Counted from the first letter of the whole stretch, positions 13,461 through 27,480 are shown. The stretch: DNA of 63,933 nucleotides, filler included, from Octopus bimaculoides (GCF_001194135.2; 8 parts of 8 records of this genome joined end to end with filler, not necessarily neighbours in it), one strand, 5' to 3'. The notes: generated from the letters alone by a model not told the origin. A program made the numbers and translations.

Positions 13461-14164
13461 AACACACGCGCACACACATATCATTATATATATATATAAT
13501 ACGCAACGTGTCTTTGTATTTATCCATTTTATTTCACTTGTTAAGGTTATCTCTACAAATATTCCATAGTAATTATAGCCAGCACTGATTTTTGTTACGG
13601 GCGTTTCGTATCCGAGACGTTAAATACTTTATAGTATACTACGTTTGCATAACGAAATACTGCGTACCTACAAATAATTTAATATATTCATTTTTTGTGA
13701 GTAAAACTTTAGCGTTTGAAGCTGTTTAATTTGTTCCAATTTATACGATTTACTTTCTAAATCATCCCACAAGATCTTGAATCGTCTTTTCTTCTTAGTT
13801 TTCTTTCTTTTTATTTGTTTCATACTGATTAATGAAGTTTTCTAAATTATCCAACGGCTTTTCTTCTTTTTTGCAGTTACAGCGTCTCTACTTCGTTATT
13901 CTGTTTGTCATTTGTATTTGAAAGTTTATTCTGCTTTCGTAACCCTAAACTAATTTTATCTTACATATGATAAAACTCAATGCATGGTCTGTCGGTCACG
14001 GTGGCAGAAGGAAATTAAAACAACAAACGGAATGTGAGTGAGTGACAATCAGAGCTGCTAAATGCAGGTGATCTGTAGTCAGTGGAAGTGGCTATGTAAA
14101 TATTTATCGTAAATAATATTTACTTTAATAATTTCACACACATACACGCGCATGTACGCGCGCG

Positions 14165-14227
<63 letters not shown>

Positions 14228-14529
14228 TCTTTAACTTTTCCTTCATTTTAGCTTATTTTCTATTTTTCCATACTTGCGTTTCCTGCTACTGAACCTTATT
14301 TTTGTTTTCACGTAAAGGATAGCACATTCACACAATCACATACACACATCTGTATATATGTGCACATGCATCAATATATATTTAAATATACGTGTGTATG
14401 TATGAGTGTATGTGCGTATAAATACATGCATACATACACACACAAACATACATGTATGTATGTACACAAGTTTTAAATTTTGGGGGAGTGTGATTATAAA
14501 CCTTCCATGATTATAACAGAAATATTCAA

Positions 14530-14700
14530 ACTTCGAGGCATGATAAACCAAAAAGATGGCTGCTTCTAAGATCGTGTTTGCGAAGAGAGTAACATCATCA
14601 GCATAATGTATGTCTGTTATTGTAGAAACTTGATAAAGAGAGGGAGTGGATATTGTTAAAGTAAAGCCAAGTTCTTTAATTTTGTGATATGTCCAGTCAT
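14530..14700 (-). mobile_element. Non-LTR (RTE-like) reverse transcriptase fragment
   Basis: My own translation reads KELGFTLTISTPSLYQVSTITDIHYADDVTLFANTILEA, containing the YADD motif. Confidence 0.7.
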
Positions 14701-14865
14701 TTTCTGTCTGGACGTTGCGTGTTAGAAAATTAAAGAATTTTGCATTACTCTAGCAAAATCCATTTTCTTATGTTTATCAAGATGCTATAATAACATACAT
14801 GGGTTTTCCTGATGATATTACGTAGTCTAGACAGATAATAAATAGGCATATTACAAGCTTATTAC

Positions 14866-15028
14866 CTTGCAAAACTCATGCATTGATGTCGAAAAGTTGG
14901 TGTCTTCATTCGATGACGGTGCATAGAAACTACGACATTGATAAACACTGGTCGGCCGTTCAGCAAAATCACCGTCACCAACCAACTCTCTGCGGATAAA
15001 GTATGTTTCCCTGCAGACTTCCCAAATA
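14866..15028 (-). CDS. Candidate 163-nt coding exon, possibly a claudin/PMP22-like extracellular loop
   Basis: Acceptor ctactatttctgcatag and donor AAG|GTAATA. Frame (G)IWEVCRETYFIRRELVGDGDFAERPTSVYQCRSFYAPSSNEDTNFSTSMHEFCK resembles the GLWxxC...C motif. Confidence 0.4.
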
Positions 15029-17372
15029 CTATGCAGAAATAGTAGACATGGAAATAGTAGACGTCTTGTTTCCTACACTTTTCAGAGTCACTGGACAAAA
15101 TATTTTCATCTCAAACGGTGGTGTTCATCTAACTAGAAGATACTGGCAGATAAGTGGGTACTAATAACACAAATCACCCCGCTATCACTTGGCTTCAGAT
15201 TTGATATTACCTTGCAGCACCTTTGACATAAGGCTTCACTCGCAAATTCAGGTTGATCAAGATATATATATATATATATATANNNNNNNNNNNNNNNNNN
15301 NNNNNNNNNNNNNNNNNNNNNNNNNNNNNNNNNNNNNNNNNNNNNNNNNNNNNNNNNNNNNNNNNNNNNNNNNNNNNNNNNNNNNNNNNNNNNNNNNNNN
15401 NNNNNNNNNNNNNNNNNNNNNNNNNNNNNNNNNNNNNNNNNNNNNNNNNNNNNNNNNNNNNNNNNNNNNNNNNNNNNNNNNNNNNNNNNNNNNNNNNNNN
15501 NNNNNNNNNNNNNNNNNNNNNNNNNNNNNNNNNNNNNNNNNNNNNNNNNNNNNNNNNNNNNNNNNNNNNNNNNNNNNNNNNNNNNNNNNNNNNNNNNNNN
15601 ATATATATATATATATATACACACACACAGGTCAGACAAAGGGTGAACTAGAGAGATTGAGAGAAAGTGAGAGACAGACAGGCAGACAGACAGGCAGACA
15701 GGCAGACAGACAGGCAGACAGAAAGAGAGAGGGAGAGAAAGAGAGAGAGAGAGGAAGAGAGAGTGAGAGGAAGAGAGACAAAGAGAGATGCAAGGTTGTC
15801 TGTTAGACATAATTACGTTTGGTGGGAAATAATTCTGAATTACTAATTCAGATAACATGGGTGCATGCTGATATCTTTAGTTGTCCTCACAACTAGACCC
15901 TGTGTTCGGTTCCTTTCACGTCTATACCTCAGTGTTAACTTGTTTTCACAGCTATAGCTCATCTAGCAACTCCAGTTGCCATCACAGCTACATCTCATCT
16001 CGCAAGTAATGTCTTAACAGCTACATTCCAGTGTTCATCTGGCTTCACATTTACATCCTAAAATTCATCTTTTCTCACAAATACATCACTGTTTAACTAC
16101 GTTGTTAACCCTACAGCTTTTCTCACAACACCAAGTATTCTCACTACAACTATTCGATGTGAACATACAAATAAGTGTGTATTTGAGTGTATAAATACGT
16201 ATAAATAAGTTTGTTTAGTTCGATGTGTATGTATTCCTTGGTTTCTTGTGTATCAGCTTGTTCATATACGCGAGTCTTAACGTATGTGAATATGTGTTTT
16301 AAAAGCTGTGAATGTAACAACGCACACCTATGCCCATTCATATATATTTGATTACGGATTTACCTGATCTTTGTATACACATATGTACATATATATATAT
16401 ATATATATATANNNNNNNNNNNNNNNNNNNNNNNNNNNNNNNNNNNNNNNNNNNNNNNNNNNNNNNNNNNNNNNNNNNNNNNNNNNNNNNNNNNNNNNNN
16501 NNNNNNNNNNNNNNNNNNNNNNNNNNNNNNNNNNNNNNNNNNNNNNNNNNNNNNNNNNNNNNNNNNNNNNNNNNNNNNNNNNNNNNNNNNNNNNNNNNNN
16601 NNNNNNNNNNNNNNNNNNNNNNNNNNNNNNNNNNNNNNNNNNNNNNNNNNNNNNNNNNNNNNNNNNNNNNNNNNNNNNNNNNNNNNNNNNNNNNNNNNNN
16701 NNNNNNNNNNNNNNNNNNNNNNNNNNNNNNNNNNNNNNNNNNNNNNNNNNNNNNNNNNNNNNNNNNNNNNNNNNNNNNNNNNNNNNNNNNNNNNNNATAT
16801 ATATATATTGACAGGAAGGACAACAAAAGAAAGAAAGAGATCTCGATATTATGTAAATGGAGGAATTTATCTGTAAAAATATATGACACTTATTCGGTAG
16901 CCATGATAAAACTCCGAGTAAATAAACATACGAACATATACTAAATACACACACGAAATACACGACGCGAAAAAGAATGACACCGCCTCAGGCTGTCACG
17001 GATCACGTGATAATGGGAGGAGGGTAACAGAGAAAGACAGACAGCGAGAAGGAGAGAGAGAGAGAAATGAAATTGAGAGAAGGGAGGAGCTCAGACAATC
17101 GCGACCAGACCCATGATCAAATGTATGGAAGAGTGGTGTTATATAAAGTCGTTGACTCGAATTTGATGTTTTGTTATGTTTTGGTCCCATTCCTGTCATG
17201 TTTCATGCTGGTGCCTCCAGAGTGTAAGCATCATTATCGATAATGGCCGAAATTGCGCTTGTCTCTCTGGCCAATAACTGAAGGGGAGCTGGTGACCTTT
17301 TGTGTTTTCTTTTCGTCTGTGTATGTAGTATATGTTCGTATGTTTATTTACTACAAGTTTTTTTATATATAT

Positions 17373-17462
<90 letters not shown>

Positions 17463-17499
17463 GCAGGTATGTCATATTTTCTGTTTGTTGAACGAACAA

Positions 17500-17690
17500 T
17501 TCAAAACACGAATTAAAAGCGAAACGAGAAAACAATAGAAAAAAAAAGTGAGGACGTGGGCACGTATTGTATTAGTTTGCACGGTGAAACAGAGAGTTTT
17601 TAACGTTTCGAGCATAATTCTTCGTCGGAAAAGAGAAAAGGAGCAGTCCAAAGAAAAAGGGTGAAAATTGCCAACGGCCCACGTGCGATT
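17500..17690 (-). mobile_element. Penelope-like terminal repeat fragment with hammerhead-like core
   Basis: Minus strand ccgacgaa-gaat-tat-gctc-gaaac-gtt; homologous to 5775-5955. Confidence 0.5.
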
Positions 17691-18496
17691 ACATTTATAT
17701 CTGCATGTGCATTTATCTATGTCAGTATTCAATTGATGACTGTATGATTGTATAAATGTGTAAGTGCTCATTATTGTTTCGCTGTGTTTCCATACATTTT
17801 TCTTACCATCACATGCGTATATTTGATTATAGACACTTACGTGAAGCCTACACAAGCGTGCACACACATACACATATTTGTATATGAACATATAAAATAC
17901 AAGCATACTAATATATATACATATGTTTACAAGTATGTAAGTACGAATGTGTAGATGTAAATGTTTGTGCGAGTGCATATTCTGTATGCTTGGTGGTGTG
18001 TGTATGCTTGTTCGTATGTGTGTGAGTTGTGCGCGTGCGCGTGCATATCTATATAACTGTCAAAGAAATCATTTTCGAAGCTCTTGAAATACTGTATTGC
18101 CGATATCTGAGACAATCAGCCGCCTTATTGAATATCTAGAATATGTTATATCTAATTATTTGTCATTAGGAAGAAATATTCTTTCCTTACCGATACTTTT
18201 AAGTTTGCACAATGAGAAATACGTCTTCAATTTTACTTATTTGAATCCAGTGTCTACAATCAGACGTTTCCTTCGAAGAATTTAAACGGTCGTTCTTCAT
18301 GTATCAGAAACAGGATTGTGTCTTTCCAATAAAGCATGGACGATTCTCTTCATGTCTTATTATGACTGGGAATTCTGGGAGTGCCTCTGATATACAATAT
18401 ATATAATAAAGTTTTACTGATAATGCTTCAGATATTATATAACAGTACGGCATTGTTGTACAGAAATACATAGATGTTAATATGATAAAATATTGT

Positions 18497-18715
18497 AAGG
18501 TGGCGGGCTAGCAGAATCGTTACCGCACTGGATAAAGATGCTTAGCGGCATTTCGTCTGTCTACGTTTTGAGTTCAAATTCCACCGAGGTAGACTTTACC
18601 TTTCGTACTATCGGAGTCGATGAAATCAGTACCAGTTGAGTCCTGGGGTTGATATACTTGACTTACGCCCTCCCTTGAAATTGCTGGCTTGTGCCAAAAT
18701 TTGAAATCATTATTA
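18497..18715 (+). mobile_element. SINE family B, near full length
   Basis: aaggtggcgggctagcagaatcgtta...gagttcaaattccaccgaggtagactttacctttc...aaaatttgaaa. Confidence 0.85.
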
Positions 18716-18784
18716 CTTGAGATAGTGGAATCTTCCCTATGATAGAAATCAATGTTACTGGAAACAAAACACAAATTATGAAGT

Positions 18785-18900
18785 ATGGAGTGGCTGTGTT
18801 ATAAAACAATTGCTTCCCAACCGCATGATTCCGAGGTCAACCTTGCAGCGTGGCAACTTGAGCAAATGTCTCCGGGCTGACCAAAGCCTTGTGAGTCATA
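18785..18900 (+). mobile_element. SINE family A head fragment
   Basis: gagtggctgtgtt...gcttcccaacc...gaccaaagccttgtgagt. Confidence 0.7.
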
Positions 18901-20321
18901 TAAATGCATGTGTATTATGGACTTGTGGTAACGCATGCGCAGTGATATCCAGTAATCGCTCTTATACATTGTCTTTTTTTAGATATTAAATGCACGTTCA
19001 GTTAACAAATGCTTTGCAATATTTCATCTTATAGGTTCTTTAAATTTTACATTTTCACCTGGTGCATGTCTTGCCAGCGTTCTACTAAGAATTAATATTT
19101 CATTGCTTGAGATACCTACACACATACATAACACCCTCACCCCACCCTATCGATTTTGTTGTCTCACAACTTCCAGAATAAAAGGATAATTTACAAAGAA
19201 ATGCTTCAGATATGCTTCAGATAGTGTAGATTCCGATTATGTCGGAATTTGTGGTGAATCATTTTTCTTTGGTAAGGAGAGATTTCGGAAAATTCACAGG
19301 GTAGCCTTTGTTTCCTCATAACTTTCGGAAGATGGATATTTTTGATGAAATTTTCTACAAATGCCTTTCAGTGGGTGTAGATAGAGGAAAAAAATGGTGA
19401 GTTCGCACTTATACATAGTGACATGCATCACATGTATCTGCAACATGAAATATACTGTGGTGTATATCAGTATGTATGTGTACAAGTCTAATTTTTTCAC
19501 ATCATATTCCGATGATGTAATCATAATTTATAGACTCAGGAAGGTATATATACCACCCAGGTGGCAAAAAACCAGTAATCCTTCGCTGGACCGCTCAAGA
19601 TGGAAATATATACGCTACTAAATTCGGGAAAAGTAGCCTTATGATCCTATGGCTCAACAAGGACGTTTCATCTTCATGTTATATATGTATATGTATATAT
19701 ATATATATAAGTACAAACATACATACATATGTATACACACAAACACACACACTCATAATTTGTTTTAGAGAGCCCGTTTGCAGGTTGAAATAATACTGAT
19801 AAGGTATATCATAATATTTCGGCAATGATCTGCTGGTATATATATATATATATATATATNNNNNNNNNNNNNNNNNNNNNNNNNNNNNNNNNNNNNNNNN
19901 NNNNNNNNNNNNNNNNNNNNNNNNNNNNNNNNNNNNNNNNNNNNNNNNNNNNNNNNNNNNNNNNNNNNNNNNNNNNNNNNNNNNNNNNNNNNNNNNNNNN
20001 NNNNNNNNNNNNNNNNNNNNNNNNNNNNNNNNNNNNNNNNNNNNNNNNNNNNNNNNNNNNNNNNNNNNNNNNNNNNNNNNNNNNNNNNNNNNNNNNNNNN
20101 NNNNNNNNNNNNNNNNNNNNNNNNNNNNNNNNNNNNNNNNNNNNNNNNNNNNNNNNNNNNNNNNNNNNNNNNNNNNNNNNNNNNNNNNNNNNNNNNNNNN
20201 NNNNNNNNNNNNNNNNNNNNNNNNNNNNNNNNNNNNNNNNNNNNNNNNNNNNNNNNNNNNNNNNNNNNNNNNNNNNNNNNNNNNNNNNNNNNNNNNNNNN
20301 NNNNNNNNNNNNNNNNNNNNN

Positions 20322-20680
20322 TGGTTCAGTCCCACTGCGTGGCACCTTGGGCAGGTGTCTTCTACTATAGCCTCGGGCCGACCAAAGCCTTGTGAGTGGA
20401 TTTGGTAGACGGAAACTGAAAGAAGCCCGTCGTATATATGTATATATATAAATGTGTGTATGTGTGTGTTTGTGTGTTTGTGTTTGTCCCCCCAACATCG
20501 CTCGACAACCGACGCTGGTGTGTTTACGTCCCCGTAACTTAGCGGTTCGGCCATAGAGACCGATCGAATAAGTACTAGGCTTCCAAAGAATAAGTCCTGG
20601 GGTCGATTTGCTCGACTAAAGGTGATGCTCCAGCATGGCCGCAGTCAAATGACTGAAACAAATAAAAGAGTAAAAGAGAT
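20322..20680 (+). mobile_element. SINE family A, young copy (5' end in gap)
   Basis: Near-identical to 32272-32667. Confidence 0.9.
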
Positions 20681-20967
20681 ACGAATGTGTGTATGTATGC
20701 ATGTATTTTTGTGTGCATGTGTGCATGCATCTATACATGCAGGCTGGTTCTTTCAGAGATCTGCAAAAATTTCAGCAAAAGCGGAAAACGTAGGCGAGAA
20801 AGCAGAAAACCGGTATTATAGAAATGTATCTCAGTTTGTGATCAGTCCTTTGGGAAACCGTCAACAATTACATTCATATTCCCAATGAATAAATCAATAT
20901 TCACCGATTGGTTGTCTCCTGTTGTCGTACGTAAAAGTAATCATACAAAACATTAAATTAATTTCAG

Positions 20968-21060
20968 GGTTGGATTTTGGTACACGTTGTATTTCCGATG
21001 AGAATCATGGTGCCAATAAAGAATGGGAGGCAATTCACCATCCAGCTTGTCAAACGTATA
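20968..21060 (+). CDS. Candidate 93-nt internal coding exon of an unknown gene
   Basis: taatttcag | 93 nt | gtaagt; phase-1 reading GLDFGTRCISDENHGANKEWEAIHHPACQTY; phase 0 is also open. Confidence 0.35.
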
Positions 21061-21425
21061 GTAAGTTGTTTTTTTTTTGTGTTTTGTTGTTTTCTTTTTG
21101 CGATTTATGGTTTATTTGTGGGTGTGTGTAGGTGGGTGTTTTTGTGTGCATGCGCGCGTGTGTGTGAGAGTGTAAAGTATATCTTTACGCCCATACACAT
21201 ACATACATGCATATATGATTATATGTATATATTCCTATATATATGCATATATGTATGTCTATCTATCTGTATTTATGTATGTATGTATGCATGTATGTAT
21301 GTATATATGTATCCGTCTGTCTGTCTATATACATACACATAATAACATATTTTTATATACAATTTAGCAAGCTTTATTGTTTTGTTCCTCTTTTATGCCT
21401 AAATATTGTATCAATAGTTTACAGC

Positions 21426-21460
<35 letters not shown>

Positions 21461-21560
21461 NNNNNNNNNNNNNNNNNNNNNNNNNNNNNNNNNNNNNNNN
21501 NNNNTTAATTAATTAANNNNNNNNNNNNNNNNNNNNNNNNNNNNNNNNNNNNNNNNNNNN
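21461..21560. other. Artificial contig linker
   Basis: 44N-TTAATTAATTAA-44N. Confidence 0.95.
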
Positions 21561-21623
21561 GTATATGCCTATATATATGTATATGCCTATATATATATAT
21601 ATGTAAATGCCTATATATATATA

Positions 21624-21658
<35 letters not shown>

Positions 21659-21699
21659 GCCTTGGGCAATCACGTAATATCGATATACATTAGAATACA

Positions 21700-21915
21700 A
21701 ACAACCAACCGACCATAAACCAAGAACATTTCAAAATGTTTAATCCTACGAAAATGAATGGCAACCAAGTACAACGAGACCACAAGTTATAAGAAATTCC
21801 CAGATAACAAGCACATCAAACATATTTCCATCATCAGCTGCCGAATGGAAATTATCGATTCAACATCTAGCCAGTGTCATTCAATCTGTCGGTGTCAACT
21901 GCATTAAAAACATAA
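21700..21915 (+). mobile_element. Unclassified degenerate coding repeat, copy 1
   Basis: Peptide TYFHHQLPNGNYRFNI*PVSFNLSVSTALK, homologous to the 25835-25960 and 44398-44530 copies. Confidence 0.5.
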
Positions 21916-22784
21916 ACGCTGCCTATAATTTATAGACAAGTAGTAGGAGCGTATAAATAAATACATACGGTTATGCTTACGAACCAAAGAGAAATGACTT
22001 CTGAATGCATGACGTAGAGCTTAAACACATTAGGATGACGATACAACTCATTGTTAATGATTTTTACGTGCAATCAACTGTCAATATTTGTGGATATCTG
22101 TGCTTGTTTCAATATCGGAATTTATGGAGCTATGGAGAATCTTCGTTGACGATGCTCCATGTTGTAAGAGTACTTTCCATCAATCTTTGCTCACTGAATT
22201 TCCAAGCAAATTAAGACAAGGATGTGGAATTTTTCCTGTTCCGTGATTTTAAGGAATATGAATACTGGTAATGATGATCTTGAATGTATTCCTTGCGAGG
22301 CTCATATAATTCTTCTAAATATTGATTCACTGTATGTTTCTTCTTTGGAAAGGCAAGATTTCAAGATCTTCTCAGTTATGCCTGGTGGGGTTATCTATGA
22401 AGCTATAAGGAAATTCTTGTGGTGTGAGATGTCTACTTTCGGTTTCAGTGTGTGATCTAGTAATCATAATTATTGTTGAAGAATTTGTGCTTGTGGGAAA
22501 GTCTTAGAGAAATAAGAAATTTCTTGACCATACTGATGTCGAAAGATGGATCAAATCAGATTAAATTTCACGTAATCGTTCTTCAAAGGCGTGTGTGTAA
22601 ATGTGTACGTGTGTGTGTTTCTTGTATACACAGTCTTTTAATATAGACATTTTTATACAATGCCTCGTTACAAGAGGGGTTGACACTGTTAAAGATGACT
22701 TTTTCTGAGGATGAGAGATCATTTTACTTATTCCAGCTGCAAGATTTCTTATGATGGTGGAATTTTTTGTGGTGTATGTATGTA

Positions 22785-22830
<46 letters not shown>

Positions 22831-23660
22831 CTTTTACTCTTTTACTTGTTTCAGTCTTTTGACTGTGGCCATTCTNNNNNNNNNNNNNNNNNNNNNNNNN
22901 NNNNNNNNNNNNNNNNNNNNNNNNNNNNNNNNNNNNNNNNNNNNNNNNNNNNNNNNNNNNNNNNNNNNNNNNNNNNNNNNNNNNNNNNNNNNNNNNNNNN
23001 NNNNNNNNNNNNNNNNNNNNNNNNNNNNNNNNNNNNNNNNNNNNNNNNNNNNNNNNNNNNNNNNNNNNNNNNNNNNNNNNNNNNNNNNNNNNNNNNNNNN
23101 NNNNNNNNNNNNNNNNNNNNNNNNNNNNNNNNNNNNNNNNNNNNNNNNNNNNNNNNNNNNNNNNNNNNNNNNNNNNNNNNNNNNNNNNNNNNNNNNNNNN
23201 NNNNNNNNNNNNNNNNNNNNNNNNNNNNNNNNNNNNNNNNNNNNNNNNNNNNNNNNNNNNNNNNNNNNNNNNNNNNNNNNNNNNNNNNNNNNNNNNNNNN
23301 NNNNNNNNNNNNNNNNNNNNNNNNNNNNNNNNNNNNNNNNNNNNNNNNNNNNNNNNNNNNNNNNNNNNNNNNNNNNNNNNNNNNNNNNNNNNNNNNNNNN
23401 NNNNNNNNNNNNNNNNNNNNNNNNNNNNNNNNNNNNNNNNNNNNNNNNNNNNNNNNNNNNNNNNNNNNNNNNNNNNNNNNNNNNNNNNNNNNNNNNNNNN
23501 NNNNNNNNNNNNNNNNNNNNNNNNNNNNNNNNNNNNNNNNNNNNNNATATATATGTAATGTCTTATACCAGTGGCTTATCAATGGGAAACTCAATTCATA
23601 CAAGTATGTTATTCCACACACACGCATATTTGTGAGTGATAACTACTTCTGTCTCTTGGC

Positions 23661-23742
<82 letters not shown>

Positions 23743-24134
23743 GCTTATCTGTCTGCCTTCCTGTCTGTCTTTCTATCTAAACACATTGCTTATTTTTGTG
23801 TCTGGTCGCTTTATAAAAAATATGTATTTAGTCGTCTGTTTTTAATATCTCTCTATTTTCCCTTCTCTTAATTTGCATCACGTCTGCTTCATCGAATACA
23901 CATAAATTCAAGACTATTGACACTTAAAATAGTGATTGATATAAATAAAAGCAACATAAAAACAACTTATTAAATTTATGGAAATATACAAAAATGTACG
24001 TATATATATATGTATGTATTGAAGGATTTGTGTATGTTTTGCATACTTGAATTTTATAAATACTTAATGAATATATACATATATATGAGAACTCTTTCTC
24101 TCTCCCGCCCTCTTACATACATACATACATATTA

Positions 24135-24214
<80 letters not shown>

Positions 24215-24529
24215 GTGTGTGTGTGTATAAGTAAATAAGAATATATTCATATATTCACACACACACACACACATATGCACACATGCTTATTACTATGAAA
24301 CGCTAAAGTATGAACTATATTTTGAATCAGAACACAGCTGCATATTTACACATGAATGTGCAATCACTGACAAATACTACCATTAATCCATATTCATATA
24401 GAAATAATATTTGACCCATTAGTATCCAAAAGCAAAATGTTCTCTCCATATATAAGTATTTTGCATTTATATTATTCTATTAGGTTTTGTAGCTAACAAT
24501 GTCTGATAGAAACTTATTATATATATATA

Positions 24530-24702
24530 ATTACTTTTTAGTAAAGTACATGATTATTAAACTTTTATGATATATATCAGGGTGTGTGTGTACAAACACA
24601 TAAACACAGTCGGTCTGACGAAGTCTATCACGCCGAAACCTCGGAATCGCAGTCGCTCATCTTCTAAAAGTTTAATAATCATGTACTTTACTAAAAAGTA
24701 AT
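24530..24702. repeat. Perfect 38-bp inverted repeat with 97-bp spacer containing a hammerhead-like core
   Basis: Arms 24530-24567 and 24665-24702; CTGACGA at 24615 and GAAAC at 24635. Confidence 0.85.
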
Positions 24703-24879
24703 GAGTAACTTTCATTTCAATGTTAAATTGCTTTTACATATAACTTGACGTAGAAATAAACATTTACATATTAATGTATTTCTGTAATGAAGGACTTACG
24801 TACGCTTTGCATATTTAGGATTTTATAAATTGTTAATGAATATACACATATGAAGATTCTCTCTCTCCCTCTCTCTCTC

Positions 24880-25007
24880 TCTATATATATATATGTGTGT
24901 GCGTATGTATATGTATATATGAACATATGTGTTCATATGTATATATGAACATATATGTGTGCGTATGTATATGTATGTATGAACATACATATACGTATAT
25001 ATGTATG

Positions 25008-25042
<35 letters not shown>

Positions 25043-25191
25043 ATGTATGTATATATATATATGTGTGTGTGTATGTATATATGTATATATATATATATGT
25101 GTGTGTATGTATATATGTATATATATATATATGTGTGTGTATGTATATATGTATATATATATATATGTGTGTGTGTATGAACATATATATA

Positions 25192-25240
<49 letters not shown>
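24880..25240. repeat. Compound TA/TG/TATG microsatellite array with higher-order units of about 30 bp
   Basis: Direct reading; source of the spurious HTHIYIY ORFs. Confidence 0.9.
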
Positions 25241-25241
<1 letters not shown>

Positions 25242-25499
25242 TATATATGTTCGAGTCCAAGGTATGGCATCCAAATTACTAAATTTTAGGACAACTCACA
25301 ATAAATATCAATTTCCTGTAAGGAAATATTTTTAGTTTTGGTCTGAAATAAGCTTGAAGTTATAACAAACTTGTTCCAGATCGTTGGTCAAAGGCATTTT
25401 TGCAGTATCTATTTTTCGTGATTTAAAGACAAGTTTACCAATGTGCTCATTATTTTATGACAATAATAGAGTCTCAAGGGATGAACGTTAAATTATAGT

Positions 25500-25990
25500 G
25501 TCACTTCTAACAGGGTTTGTGGCTATGTTCCCTAGTAGACGTGTGTGTACGTTTGTATTTGTATATATTTGTGTATTGGTATGATTGTATATATAATGAC
25601 TATGGAAGACTGGTGGGAATATTATCTGCATGGACTTCAAGGGCTAGGTTGATATTTAGTTAGATAATTTAGGAGTTAGTTGTAGGTTTACTTATAGAAT
25701 TAATTTACCGATACTGTTTTTGTACATAGGATAAATGTATTTCTTTGTTGTAGTTTAATTAATATGTTAGTATTTAATCCTTGCTAGAGTTAAAATTGAA
25801 TGAATGTGGTGATATCTCAGGTATGTTTGTTCCCAAACAACACTTACTTTAGTGCCGCTGACACCGTCGTATTGAATGATATTGTTCAGGTGTCGAAACC
25901 ATAGTGATATCCGTAAGGCAGCTGATGATGGAGGTATGTTGGATTGTTGGTATAGCTGTTATTGCATGTGCAGAATATTTTTGTAAGACA
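25500..25990 (-). mobile_element. Unclassified degenerate coding repeat, copy 2
   Basis: Collinear similarity with 43670-44560; peptide TYLHHQLPYGYHYGFDT*TISFNTTVSAALK. Confidence 0.6.
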
Positions 25991-26026
25991 TCCATTTAAC
26001 ACACACACACACGCACACGCACACAC

Positions 26027-26058
<32 letters not shown>

Positions 26059-27349
26059 CTTATATATATATATATATATATATATACTCCACAACTCTGA
26101 ACAGAAAAGGATTATTATGTGCAGTTACCAGAGATTAATTGCTTTTCAAATGTGGGCAATTCTTTCAAAATCAGAATATATATGGACAACTGTTTCGCAA
26201 TCTACAACGTCTTAGTCCGGATTATAAATTCACATCTATACCAATAATCACTATACCCTTGGTTATTTTAATAAATGTCTAAGTGATAATTTAAAGAAAA
26301 AAATCTCGATGTTCAAACACAGAAATCGACCAGCTAATATGCACTTTGCATATACAGTCTGTAAACAGAAGAATAAAATAACGTTTCTAACATTCAAGGT
26401 TTTAGGAACACTTGTGTGCTGGGGTTCTGCTGTACTCCGTCTCTGAATACAGGAGTCAATGTCTTACCAAGCCGTGAAGCAGCTCTGTAGGTGTTTCAGC
26501 TTTTACTCTCGCAATACCAGAGCATAACAGCACGAAATATTTTGAGTCAGATGTTGCGACTCTAGGCCAGATATTTTCATCCTCCCCAATGCTCACTCTT
26601 GCTGCACCACTCGTCTCTCACTTGAGCCAGTTGTAGCTCTTTTATTATTATAACTAACCGAATTATAGAGAGAAGGTTTTGTTACTTTGCTAGAAATTAT
26701 TCTAGTCTTCACAGAAATAATTAAAAGAATTAAAAAAGAAAGAAATATAACATACACATTAAATTTTTTTTAGTCATTGCTTCCCCATTACCAGCTAAGA
26801 GCTTCCTTGTATATACATTCGTATATCCTTATTAATACTAATTGTTGCTATGACTAGTTTATTCCTGCTACAAGATTTTGGATCACAAGTCATATATATT
26901 GGCCTGGATCCCAGCCAACATCTTGGAAGTTAGAGGAAAGTATGCAAATCGGATTAGTTCGGCCTCGCCTCGATAGCCAAATAAGGTCATTTCAGTGAGT
27001 CAGCAAAAGACGACCAGCAAAGAAATCGCCTGATGGAAAAAGATGAAAATTCTAACATAATACTAGATATCTGTCTACACACACATACATACATACATAT
27101 GTATGTATACTTGTATTTAACCGAACACATTTACACACACGAACCACACACACAGATAAAATTATTAATGAACTGAGAGGTTTTATAATTGAATGTTTGT
27201 ATATATATAAATCTATCTCCTATACTCAGGCTGCCTATCTCTTTCGTCCGTTCTCCTCTGTGTCTGCCTCTGTCTTTTTCTGTCTGTATGTCTCTCTCTC
27301 AATCCGTCCCGCTCTCTCTCTCTGAATGAATATATATATATATAATGTG

Positions 27350-27380
<31 letters not shown>

Positions 27381-27480
27381 NNNNNNNNNNNNNNNNNNNN
27401 NNNNNNNNNNNNNNNNNNNNNNNNTTAATTAATTAANNNNNNNNNNNNNNNNNNNNNNNNNNNNNNNNNNNNNNNNNNNN
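27381..27480. other. Artificial contig linker
   Basis: 44N-TTAATTAATTAA-44N. Confidence 0.95.

Noticed and set aside
26880-26990. ILAWIPANILEVRGKYAN resembling a LINE RNase H motif
   Set aside because: The match is too short and degenerate, with no flanking domain support.
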